This document shows positions 1 through 11,122 of a stretch of 64,000 nt of DNA, piece after piece (the first letter of the stretch is position 1; each line of letters starts with the position of its first letter). The translations under genes and the position numbers were made by a program. Under the pieces are notes generated by a model. The model did no database searches, was not told the origin of the DNA, and worked only from the letters and a program-made list of their open reading frames with translations. The DNA lies in assembly GCF_963921235.1 (NCBI RefSeq), contig NC_086097.1:220536001-220600000 (forward strand), given 5' to 3'. The DNA comes from Mobula hypostoma. Taxonomy: Eukaryota.

Positions 1-89
1 ACAACTTTAAACAAGTCTACAGGGAGTTTGGCCTCATCATGTAGGACTCAATAGCGAAGCTCCTTGGCAACTAGCCAGCTAGTTTAAAT

Positions 90-1598
90 CAGGGGTCCCC
101 AACCTTTTTTGCACTGCAGACCAGTTTAATATTGACAATATTCTTGCGGACTGGCCGACCTGGGGTGGGGGGGGGGGGGTGTTAAACGCAACCGGAATAT
201 AGGTGATAATTCAACTACAAGTCACTTATAACTGGCTAATACACTCAACTTTATTTCTAAAAGGGTTTATCTAACAAATTTAATATTAAAGAGACAGCGC
301 ATATTTCCCCACGTGAATATGGTGATGTCAATTATAAGTCACTTATAAGTCAATAACATGTTTGGATATTAAACACACAGCGCATATTTTCCTCGTATGA
401 ACATATAAAATCATGTAACACACCAATATTGCTGAATCAGTGGGAGCCCTGGGCTTGTTTCCCTGCAACAAGACGGTCCCATCGAGGGGTGATGGGAGAC
501 AGCAATACTCGAAGGGGGTTCCTTATGTCCAGTCTATTCCGCAGTTTAGTTTTCGTTGCATTCATTGCAGAAAACCTCACTTAGCAGAGATATGATGTTG
601 GAAATGGAAGCAACATTTTCAGTGCTTTCGTGGCTATCTCAGGATATTCAGCCTTGACTTTGATCCAGAATGCCAGCAGAGATGTTATGTCAAACATACT
701 TTTCAGCCCGCCGTCATTTGCAAGCTCGAGGAGTTGAGCTTCTTCCCATGCTGACATGGATGATTCACCGGGGACATTCACAAATGGGTCACAGATCCAT
801 TCCTTTGCACATCTTGGGTCATTTGTGGTTGGGAAGTAATGCACGAATTCTGTTGACAGCAAAGATAGGTGATTGCGCACCAGCTGTGAGAAGGATGGTG
901 CAGCCTCAGTCTCTCCCCAGAATCCCAGCTAATGTTGGGAACATGTCAAATATGCCCCTGTCCACTCGCTGTCCCCACAGATACAGTTTGGCTTGCCTTA
1001 GCAATACAGCAACCACTAAGTACGACGCTCTCAGAGCAGCAGCATTTGTGGAGCTGGTGGCTCTCAGCATTTGCTTCTGTCCCGCTTGCTCACGTTTTCT
1101 CCGCTCAAAAAACTCAGTGGATTCATCTTTTAAGTGCAGGGTGCTTGGACTCAAGGTGCCGAAGCAGTTTTGAGGCCTTCATTGCCTCATTAGACAGCTT
1201 GTCTCCACATATCACACACAGGGGGCTTGGAGAGTGCGAGTGACCGGTCGCAATAAAGCCATATTTTATGTACGACTTGTCGTAGTTTCTGTTGAAGGAA
1301 GCTTTCTTTTTTTTGCAGTCTTGGCCTCAGCTGTCTCTGCTTTATCATCATCGTTAGCCCTTTTATGTCCCCTACCACCTCTTCCAAAGAAACTCTCAAA
1401 TGATGTTTGTTTTTTTACTCAGAGTAGTTGTAGGTTAATGACTGACTGATGACCTCACTTGCGTTCAAGTTCAACAGTGGACGTAACAGGGAATGAGGAA
1501 AAGTGCAGCTGACTCATATTGTTTCATATCGCCAAATCATATTGTTTCCTCGCGACCCAGTAGCACTTGCTTCATGGCTTGGTGGTTAGGGACCACTA
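90..1598 (-). mobile_element. Internally deleted hAT (Charlie/Buster-type) DNA transposon
   Basis: Left TIR CAGGGGTCCCCAACC at 90; degenerate right TIR GGTTAGGGACCACTA at 1584-1598. Minus-strand transposase relics: N-terminal part (906-1154, ...RASYLV) and hAT dimerisation domain FWIKVKAEYPEIATKALKMLLPFPTSYLC (581-880). A CR1 tail abuts the right end, so no right TSD. Confidence 0.85.
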
Positions 1599-2200
1599 CC
1601 ATAAGATATAGGAGCAGAATTAGGCCATTTGGCCCAATGAATCTGCTCCGCCATTTTATCTTGGCTAATCCATTTTCTCTCTCAGCCCAAATCTCCTGCC
1701 TTCTCCCTGTATCCCTTCATGCCTGGACTAATCAAGAACCTATCAACCTCCACCCTAAATATACCCAAGACTTTGCCTCCACAGCTGCCTGTGGCAACAA
1801 ATTCCACAAATTCACTACTCTCTGGTTAAAATTCCTCATGTCCATTCTAAAATGACGCCCTCCTTTTACTTCTAGCTAATCATCAATTTCAGTACCTTGT
1901 TCCTACTTTCTCCTGCAGTCTCTAATCCCTTTGGCATTAAAACAAATCTACCTCCTCCTTAAATATATTTACTGGCTTAGTGCCCACCGCTTTCAATGAT
2001 AACTTCCACTGGTTCACCACTTTTTCAGTGGAAGAATTTCTCCTGTTCATGATTCTAAATTGCATACCTTGTTTCTCAGCACCGTGGTCCCTGGTTCTGG
2101 AGTCTCCAACCTTTGGGAATGTCCTTCCTGCATCTAGACTGCCAGTCATTTCACAATTTTATGGGTTTCTCTGAGGATTCTCCCTTTATTCTTCAAAACT
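1599..2200 (-). mobile_element. Two CR1 LINE 3' fragments
   Basis: CR1 3' tail CCATAAGATATAGGAGCAGAATTAGGCC at 1599; ORF 1937-2149 resembles the CR1 ORF2 C-terminus (LDAGRTFP..SRTR..VVNQW). Ends approximate. Confidence 0.75.
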
Positions 2201-2564
2201 CCACTGAATAGTGGTTAAAATAATTCCCCAATTTATTCTTGCAACTGCAAATTAGAAGTGAAGCCCAAACCAAAATGGAGGATGCAGCAGTGACTTCCCA
2301 CTGCATGGCAGTACATAGAAGATAAATAAAGTGTACTTTTATTTTTAACATTTTGGGTTTCTCATTATTGTACCCACACCTAAATCCATATAAGCTAATC
2401 TTCCAACAATGCTCACTGAACAGAAATCAGAAGGAGGAAGTCTGATCTTCTAAAAGTAATGAGTTGCAACTAAAAAGGAACAATCAGCCTGGGATCAGTC
2501 TTTAAAGGAAGCATAGACAGTTCCCTGAAGCAGCCTGTCAATACAGATAATCCAGCATAAACTA

Positions 2565-2715
2565 AGGTTCAAAGTAAATTTATTATCAAAGTACAGACAT
2601 GTCACCTCATACAACCCTGAGATTCATTTTCTTGCAGGCATAACTTAGAAATCCATAATAGAATAATAGCCATAATAGAATCAATGAAAGACCGCACCAG
2701 CTTGGGTGTTCAATC
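2565..2715 (-). mobile_element. Rex1/Babar-type LINE 3' UTR fragment
   Basis: TTCAAAGTAAATTTATTATCAAAGTACA..CAACCCTGAGATTCATTTTCTTGCAGG recurs near 34790, 38810 and 43580; the last copy joins a Rex-type RT C-terminus. Confidence 0.7.
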
Positions 2716-4039
2716 AGTGTACAAGTATTATGTATGAAAGAAGATGGGCAACACAGTGTCAATCAAATTCTCAAAGCAGGTTGGCAACACTTTCAGGAAT
2801 CACCAAGTCTCCCCCAATATCTAACCTACAGTGTAATTACTGGACTGAAACAGTTCCTTCCTTTATTACCTCTCAACAACCAATTCAGATATTAAAATTG
2901 CAATGGTGCAAAATCTTTACTTTTAAGGCTAGTTAAACTCCTTTGTGTGTAACACGCCAGACAATGGATTTCTCAGACCAAGTATTTTACATCTTGTGTT
3001 ATCCAAATTCTAACTGCTCATTCATTTGAGATTTCAAAGAGAAACACTGATCAAAGTCACAATTAGCAGTTAACTATAATAAGGTCAAGTACAACTGACC
3101 TAATACTGTTAATTATTCTTTCACGCATTATTAACACAACTATTAAAACACAGAATAAAATCATATTATGCAGAAATGTGCACTTTGATTTGCATGTGCT
3201 ATGGTTGGGAAGAAAGAAAATAGGTATTGTATGACACAGAAGCAGAATTTTCCTATTCATGCCCTTCAGTCTTGACTATGCTTCAACAGAAATTCTCCCC
3301 AATCAGATACAAAGCAATTGATACATGAAAAACGGACAAAAGATACCAGATGAAATGAAATTAAATTTATACACAGGTGAATTACAATAATTGATCATCA
3401 TAATGTGATAGCTCTTCTGATATTACACTACTTTCTCCAGGTGCAGGCATGTTCAGCAAGTGTTTACAAACTACTTAAGTATGTGTTTCCATTACCCAAT
3501 CATCCCACTCACCTTCATTCAAGTGGCAATTCAGTTCAGTTCAACAGCAGGTACTTGCCTGAGCCAGAAAGTCAGGCATTCAAACTATGTTCCAGAAACT
3601 TCAACAGTTCGAGCAATCTACTGATATTCCAGTCAAAGTGACACAGTTGCTGCACTGGTAGGAGTTGAACAAAGGTCAGGATCGCCTTCTCAGGAAGATA
3701 CAAATAGTCATGGTGCAAAAAAGTTCCCAGCTGAAAATTCAAACTCTGTGAACATTGCCAATGTATTCTGATATTATCCCAACATTTATTCAGTTTGCAG
3801 TAATCCGAAACAAACTTAAAGAGTGGAGATGAGACAATGCGAGGACAGTTTACAAAAATTTACCAAGCACATCAACTACATTAGGTGATCGGCCTCACAA
3901 GCAGTGCAGAGAAGATGGGCAAGGAGATAACAGGAGCATTTACCAATATGAATCATGCCATCAGTGACTCATTCAACAGCTCACTTTACTTTTAAAGGCT
4001 ATTCTTCAAAGAAGGTTAGATATTTTCACATAATTCTCA

Positions 4040-4530
4040 TGGCAACAGCTTTAGAGCATTGACACATTTGCCCTACCGAGGTGCAACACCTCACATTTAC
4101 TTGGGTTAAACTCCATCTGCCATTTCTCTGCCCACATCCACAAGTGATGTATACTGCACTGTATTCTTTACCAGTCTTCTACACTATCCACAATTCCACC
4201 AATTTTAGTATCATCCAGAAATTTACTAGCTCGCCCACCTACATTTTCAACCAGAGTCAAGGAATTTCATGAGAATTTCTTATTCAGTTTGCCAGTAATC
4301 ATCTTGCATCCATAGGCACTAGTTTTGTGCCAACTAACAAGTGGCAACATCATTTCCATCTCTATGCCATCAAACATCTTCATCAATATTTAAAGACATT
4401 TAAAAGTTTAACCACCTTATCGACCTGTGTAGCCACTTTCAATGAGCTCTGAACTTGGTTCCAGAGACCTCTCTGCTCAGCAATACAGTTAAGGACCTTG
4501 CCCTTAACAGTGTACTTACTGTTATGTGTC
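4040..4530 (-). mobile_element. Degenerate CR1 ORF2 fragments
   Basis: ORF 4383-4574 contains KGKVLNCIAEQRGL..SLKVATQVDKVVK, similar to CR1 ORF2 in this window. Approximate. Confidence 0.6.
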
Positions 4531-4615
4531 AGATTACTTTTCAGAATCAAAATCAGATTTAATGCCACTGGCATATATTGTGAAATCTGTCATTTTTGCA
4601 GCAGCGCAATGCAAT

Positions 4616-5497
4616 TGCAGCCCCCCCTAATAAGCCTCAGGCTTGCTCAACTCGCTGTCGTCTAGGGGAAGCAGTCTTCAGCCCCGCCTAACTGGGTAAT
4701 CAAGTTTGTGTGGACGCTGTGTGATTATACCCTACCCTCCCAAATAACAGACAATACACCATATACGATTAAATGATTATAATTAATAGAGATAAAATAT
4801 AAAAGGAAACTAAAAAGGCGCCAAACTTATCAAAGTTCAACCTCTTCGTGCACAAACAGTTGGAGCTCTGCTAACGATCCTCTTTTCATCTTTCGAGCCC
4901 CTCTGACCACCTCGACCCACCACCTGGGACCACCCATGGTGGTCAACCAGATGCTCCACACGAGTCTGTCTTCGTCTCCTCTCCTCGCCGAAGACCCTGG
5001 ACCTGGGACTCTGGCTCGGGATCCGCCCTGTCGGCCAGCTCACAGCATCGCATCCACTCTCTCTCTCCCCATCGCGCCTTCTCCCCCAAAACCCGCGCAT
5101 GCAATAGCTTACAGACACAAAAGAAAGAATAACATCTATCCCACAAACACGAGGAATTCTGCAGATGCTGGAAATTCAAGCAACACACATCAAAGTTGCT
5201 GGTGAACGCAGCAGGCCAGGCAGCATCTCTAGGAAGAAGTACAGTCAACGTTTCGGGCGTCGAAGGGTCTCGGCCCGAAATGTCGACTGTACCTCTTCCT
5301 AGAGATGCTGCCTGGCCTGCTGCGTTCACCAGCAACTTTGATGTGTGTTGATAACATCTATCCCAATTGGTTAGCAACTGAATACAGCTCCCTCTATAAC
5401 CCAAACTGCTAGCGAGAGAACTTTCTCAGCAGTTAACATAATAAAGAAGCCATTTTGATTAGCCTACACAGTAACATAAAAGAAGAAACCCCTTACA
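4616..5497. mobile_element. Solo LTR (probably Gypsy-type)
   Basis: TG...CA termini (TGCAGCCCC / CCCCTTACA), 4-bp TSD CAAT/CAAC; the host Rex sequence is restored when it is removed. Confidence 0.7.
5144..5350. mobile_element. Penelope-like element terminal repeat, inverted pair (hairpin)
   Basis: 15-bp TSD ATAACATCTATCCCA (5129-5143, 5351-5365); arms 5181-5258 and 5273-5350 are inverted copies; same repeat is attached to Penelope coding relics at 10636-11122 and 20397-20942. Confidence 0.85.
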
Positions 5498-5531
5498 CAA
5501 CAAATAATAGAAGTGAATTACAGTAAATATA

Positions 5532-7069
5532 CAGTGGCATGCAAAAGTTTGGGCACCCCAGTCAAAATTTCTGTTACTGTGAATAGCTAAGCGAGTAAAA
5601 GATGAACTGATTTCCAAAAGGCATGAAGTTAAAGATGACACATTTCTTTAACATTTTAAGCAAGATTACTTTATTTCCATCTTTTACAGTTTCAAAATAA
5701 CAAAAAAAGAAAAAGGGCCTGAAGCAAAAGTTTGGGCACCCTGCATGGTCAGCACTTAGTAACACCCCCCTTGGCAAGTATCACAGCTGGCTTTCTGTAG
5801 CCAGCTACGAGTCTATCAATTCTTGTTTGGAGGATCTTCACCCATTCTTTCTTGCAAAAGGCTTCTAGTTCTGTGAGATTCTTGGGCTGTCTTGCATGCA
5901 CTGCTCTTTTGAGGTCTATCCACATTCGGGGGACTGTGAGGGCCATGGCAAAAACCTTCAGCTTGTGCCTCTTGAGGTAGTCCATTGTGGATTTTGAAGT
6001 GCGTTTAGGATCATTATCCTGTTGTAGAAGCCATCCTCTTTTCATCTTCAGCTTTTTTTTTTACAGACAGTGTGATGTTTGCTTCCAGAATTTACTGATA
6101 TTTATTTGAATTCATTCTTCCCTCTACCAGTGAAATGTTCCGTGTGCCACTGGCTACAACACAAGCCCAAAGCATGAGCGATCCACCCCTGTGCTTAACA
6201 GTTGGAGCAGTGTTCTTTTCATGAAATTCTGCACCCTTTTTTCTCCAAACATACCTTTGCTCATTGTGGCCAAAATGTTCTATTTTAACTTCATCAGTTC
6301 ATAGGACTGGTTTCCAAAATACATCAGGCTTGTTTAGATGTTCCTTTGCAAACTTCTGACGCTGAATTTTGTGGTGAGGACACAGGAAAGGTTTTCTTCT
6401 GATGACTCTTCCATGAAGGTCGTATTTGTGCAGGTGTCGCTGCACAGTAGAACAGTGCACCACCACTCCAGAGTCTGAAGGTCTTTTGTAGTCAAGCAGG
6501 GGTTTTTATTTGCCTTTCTAGCAATCCTACAAGCAGTTCTCTCGAAAAGTTTTCTTGGTCTTCCAGACCACAACTTGACCTCCACCGTTCCTGTTAACTG
6601 CCATTTCTTGATTACGTTACGAACTGAGGAAACGGCTACCTGAAAACGCCTTGCTATCTTCTTATAGCCTTCTCCTGTTTTGTCAGCAACATTTATTTTA
6701 ATTTTCAGAGTGGTAGGCAGCTGCTTAGAGGAGCCCATGGCTGCTGATTGTTGGGACAAGGTTTGAGGAGGCAGGGTATTTATAAAGCTTTGAAATTTGC
6801 ATCACCTGGCCTTTCCTAACGATGATTGTGAACAAGCCACAGCCCTAACAAGCTAATTAAGGTCTGAGACCTTGGTAAAAGTTATCTGAGAGCTCAAATC
6901 TCTTGGGGTACACAAACTTTTGCATGGTGCTCCTTTCCTTTTTTTCCCCCCACTCTAAGATTGTACAAAACAAAAATAATACACTAATCTTAGTTAAAAT
7001 GTTGAAAAGAATGTTTCATCTTTAACTTTATGACTTTTGGAGATCAGCTCATCGGGGTGCCCAAACTTT

Positions 7070-7072
<3 letters not shown>
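5532..7072 (-). mobile_element. Tc1-like transposon (IR/DR type), defective transposase
   Basis: TA then TIR CAGTGGCATGCAAAAGTTTGGGCACCCC; inner DRs near 5723 and 6905; right end GGGGTGCCCAAACTTTTGC. Paired-like domain MGSSKQL..GEGYKKIA..SGRPRKL (ATG 6738) and QQDNDPK (5749-6045), frameshifted. Confidence 0.92.

Positions 7073-7105
<33 letters not shown>
7072..7105. repeat. (GT)n microsatellite
   Basis: Direct reading; occupies the position of the Tc1 right TIR tip. Confidence 0.95.
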
Positions 7106-7108
<3 letters not shown>

Positions 7109-7271
7109 TTTTTTTTGTTAAATTAAATTAGTGCAAAAATAGAAATTAAAAAGTAGTGAGATAGTGTTCATAGGTTCAATATGCATTCAGAAATCAGATG
7201 ACAGAGGGGTAAAAGCTGTTTTGAATCATTGAATGTGTGCCTTCAGGCTGCTGTACCTCCTTCCTTTTGGT

Positions 7272-7488
7272 GTGTGTGTTCATCCAGCGCTGACATCGAT
7301 GAGGACCTCGACACCATTATGATGGTGTCAAGACTAGCGCGTGATTTGGATTTAAGTGAGGGAGAGTCGCGCAGCGTCAGCCTCACTCTCTCTTCCTAAA
7401 TCCCATCTGGATATAGTGGCAAGACAGAATCGAGACGGCTGGAGATGGGACCAGGCGCAGTAGATGACCAGGACGTCTTCTGCTACAT
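7272..7488 (-). mobile_element. Short non-autonomous retroposon, probably RTE-related
   Basis: 8-bp TSD CTTTTGGT (7264-7271, 7489-7496), (CA)n tail on minus strand; GTGAGGCTG..CCCTCACTTAAATCCAA resembles RTE-related SINE 3' regions (from memory, not searched). Confidence 0.6.
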
Positions 7489-8462
7489 CTTTTGGTAGCA
7501 ATAAGAACAAGGAATGAGGTCCTTAATGATGGATGCCATCTTCTTGAGGCATTGCTGCTTTGAAGAAAACATTTGTCTGTTCATCCTGGTCTGATAGCTG
7601 TAATGTGCAAGTAGTGGTTCAAACATATTGTCCTGCTTTTTTGAATTTTACTTAAGTATTAAATTGTTTGAATGTTTTGCTCTGCTAACAATCATTGCTA
7701 CTGCAATACAAACCATTAAGTACTTCTGCTAAATTCTTCTGAATCTGCTAACATAAGGAGCAGATGATGATTAGAAGATTTACAAACGTCTGAGAAAACT
7801 GACACGTAAATTATGATCAAAAAGACAGTGCAGATGTAAAAGACACAGTGACTGGTAAATATAATTAAAGGAGCTGAAAAAGCCAGTAAGTGCAATTAGC
7901 AGATAATAACTACAAATATCTATCTGGTCAGAGTGGCTGGGCGGTGGGAGGAGGTTTCTTCCATTCAATGGTTGGTGAATTTTTGTACTGGACTTCTTAA
8001 TTATCTTACAAATGTGTGTATGTTACAGGTATATTGTCATAAAGATCTATCTTGAGCAAAGAAGTTCTAACTTTTGGACTCACAAATGAATATATGCGAC
8101 ACTGAATGGGCTGCAAAAAAATTACACACAGATGCAGGATTTCCCCATATCTAATTTTTTAACCCAACATTCTTTAAAGGAGATGTCTGAATACAAGTGG
8201 TTGCAGCTCCATTGGGAAAATCGGAAGGAGTTGTGTCAAGCCACATTGATCCTGCAGATCTCTTCTTGGATTATCTCTGATGCAGAGCTTTGGGACTCAC
8301 ACTGGGAAAAGGATCCACTCTGTTTGTACAGGGAAACCCTCTTGTATTTTTGAAAATTAAGCATTGGGATAATTCAAGGGAGTAAGACTCCTTGAATCTC
8401 AGGAAGATGGTACAGGAGCCCGAGGACATACGCTCAGTGTTCTAAGAACAGTTTCTTCCATC

Positions 8463-8603
8463 AGTTAGTCCTGACAAAGGGTCTCGGCCTGAAACGTCGA
8501 CTGTACCTCTTCCTAGAGATGCTGCTTGGCCTACTGCGTTCACCAGCAACTTTGATGTGCGTTGCTTGAATTTCCAGCATCTGCAGAATTCCTGTTGTTT
8601 GCG
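8463..8603 (+). mobile_element. Penelope terminal repeat fragment with hammerhead motif
   Basis: 9-bp TSD TCTTCCATC (8454-8462, 8604-8612). Confidence 0.85.
8467..8502 (+). ncRNA. Minimal type I hammerhead ribozyme motif, core G8 mutated
   Basis: AGTC CTGACAA A GGGT CTCG GCCT GAAA CGTC GACT: stem I AGTC/GACT, stem II, GAAA, palindromic ACGT stem III, GTC site. Confidence 0.7.
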
Positions 8604-10635
8604 TCTTCCATCCACCATCAGGTTTCTAAATGACCCATGAACACTACCTCACTTGCTGCACTACTTATTTTTTATATTTCTTAACAAAACTTATTGTAAT
8701 TTTTTTAACTTATTGTAATTTTTTTTAACATACTGCTTCAGCAAAACAACAAATTTCATGTCGGTGATAATAAACCTGATTCTGAAGAAAGTTGGTATTG
8801 CAGAATTCAAAGTCTACCCAGCTACACAGGTAGCAAGAACAAACGTGTAAAAAAATATATTTTCTGCTACTGATCCTTAGATGCAACGATCACTCCTTCT
8901 AATCAGGGGGATATGTTAAGCTTGAGACTAACAGCTCCATTGTATTCCCCTGTCTTTATAAGCATATCTTTGAAAATGAAGTAGCAGCACATTGAACTTA
9001 AAAACAAAGGGAACTACACTCTAGGTCAAGTAAAGAATGTTGTTTACACCGCACAGCTTGAAGAGATGTTAGCCTTGCTGCCATAGAAGTAAAAGTGGGA
9101 GACGCAACATCCTATTCCATCATTTCTTTTCATCCAACATTCACACATAAATAACCAACCTCAGGCTTGATGCCTTGACTTTATTAAGAAAATTGTTGAA
9201 CAATTTGTTGGATGACTCCCAGAACCTGCAAAATCATATAGGGAGCAATCTTCAGGAGAGATAGTTGAGAATAATGCCAAAAAACACTTTGAGAATAGAT
9301 GGTGCTTAACACCAAGAGATTGGGATGATCTTAAGAGTAATAATGCCTTACCCTGCAGGTCTACTTGCATTCCTCTGCCCAAATCTTTTGACCTCAAACC
9401 TTGGCAAGGAGAACATACCCTACACACCATGACATAAAAGTCCGTCAAGTACAAGGTTGGAAAAAAAAACAGGCATTTCACAAAAGAAGATTGAGTTTAT
9501 GTGCAACCACCCAATGTTGTAAATAGTTCCACACAAGACCTGAAGCCTACTACCCTTTACCCAAGGTAACTCATATCGTATTGATTGGAAGGCAACATCT
9601 GAAATTTGGATCTGGTTAGATTGTAAAGCAAGTAAGTGTGAAACATGACTGGCATTGTTTATGCACTGGTAAAAAAAGCTTTAAGGCTTCAAGTCTTTCC
9701 GGAGGGCCTGTGGAGTTAGCAGGTTGACACTTTGATCTTAACCAGCAACACAGCAGTAACCATCCAGGTGTCCAACATAGCACATCTCAGAAGAGGACAC
9801 CTTCAAGAATTCTGAGGCAAGGTTTTCCAACTTTCTTTGAGAATACAGTGCAAATATTTACCTGTCACTATAACTTTGTCAAGGAAACTACTACCAACCA
9901 CGTGGAAAACTTTCCATTTGTGATATATAACCCTTTTATATACACACCAAGGAGCACAGGGCTGCAGTGCAGAGCATCTGAAATATTACAAAATTTTACT
10001 AGCAATTTTATGATCTCCTGAAGGACTCGGCGAATTTGACTCTCAGGAATGCAGGTATGACACATTGAAGGGGACAAAGATAAACATGATATGATGATTA
10101 AGCTTGTGCTAAAATCAGAACACTCCTAAGGTTCATCTGGGTGCCTGGACATTGTTGGATGGTGTTAGCCTTGGAGTGTTATTGGCGCGAGTATCACCAA
10201 TTGTTTGCCTTTATTTTGGTGTCTTTCTCAACTTGCTGTAAGGAGCTAATGCGTCCTCAGTTTCCCTCTTCGTGCCATGACTCAATCCTGAATGAAAAAG
10301 AAATCTCAAAGCTCTTTGGCTAATGGAAAACCATCATTAAGATGCTTAGTTGCCAGTTGTGGCTTTGGTGTTGCCTCTTCCTCACTTGTGCTTGACCTGA
10401 CTGGCAAGAATAACTTCATTCACTACTATTCTGAACTGATTCTACGATCTACAGACTCACTTTCAAGAACTCTTTGCAACTCATGTTCTCAGTATTATTT
10501 TTATTCGTACATTTTGGTGCTGGTCAGTCTTTACCTGCCTACCTATAGCATTTTTGTAAAATTATACTGTATTTATTTTTTCTTGTAAATGCCTGCAGGA
10601 AAATGAATCTTAAGATAAGTACATGGTTACATATA

Positions 10636-11122
10636 CACAAAATACTCTGCAGATGCTGGGGTCAAAGCAACACTCACAACACGCTGGAGCAACTCAGCAG
10701 GTCGGGCAGCATCCATGGAAACAATCAGTCAATGTTTCGGGCCGGAAGCCTTCGTCAGGACTGAAGAGGGAAGGGGCAGAGGCCCTATAAAGAAGGTGGG
10801 GGGAGGGTGGGAAGAAGGCTGGTAGGTTCCAGGTGAAAAACCAGTAAGGGGAAAGATAAAGGGGTGGGGGAGGGGAAGCGGGGAGGGGATAGGCAGGAAA
10901 GGTGAAAAAGGAATAGGGGAAAACACAATGGGTAGTAGGAGGCGGCGGAACCAAGAGGGAGGTGATAGGCAGTTGGGGGAGGGGGCAGAGTGAAATAGGG
11001 ATAGGGAAAGGGAGGGGGAGGGAATTACCGGAAGTTGGAGAACTCTGTGTTCATCCCAAGGGGCTGGAGACTACCCAGACGGTATATGAGGTGTTGCTCC
11101 TCCAACCTGAGTTTAGCCTCAT
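10636..11122 (-). mobile_element. Penelope-like element 3' fragment (GIY-YIG C-terminus plus terminal repeat)
   Basis: 14-bp TSD CATGGTTACATATA (10622-10635, 11123-11136); minus strand reads DEAKLRLEEQHLIYRLGSLQP, frameshift, MNTEFSNFR*. Confidence 0.85.
10727..10762 (-). ncRNA. Minimal hammerhead ribozyme motif, decayed stems II and III
   Basis: AGTC CTGACGA A GGCT TCCG GCCC GAAA CATT GACT on minus strand. Confidence 0.65.

Larger units (their letters stand above)
4543..7558 (-). mobile_element. Rex1/Babar 3' fragment split by nested insertions
   Basis: Pieces 4543-4615, 5502-5531, ~7105-7271 and 7497-7558 rejoin into sequence colinear with the Rex 3' end at 35818-36210. Confidence 0.75.
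8395..8785 (+). mobile_element. Rex1/Babar 3' fragment
   Basis: SGRWYRSPR..NSFFPS-like end and AATAAACCTGATTCTGA tail; split by the insert at 8463-8603. Confidence 0.75.

Noticed and set aside
670..1243. Plus-strand ORFs of 167 and 103 aa
   Set aside because: Antisense to hAT transposase relics.
9150..10330. Several 60-106 aa ORFs in moderately complex sequence
   Set aside because: No recognisable motifs; may be a very old LINE relic but cannot be supported by eye.
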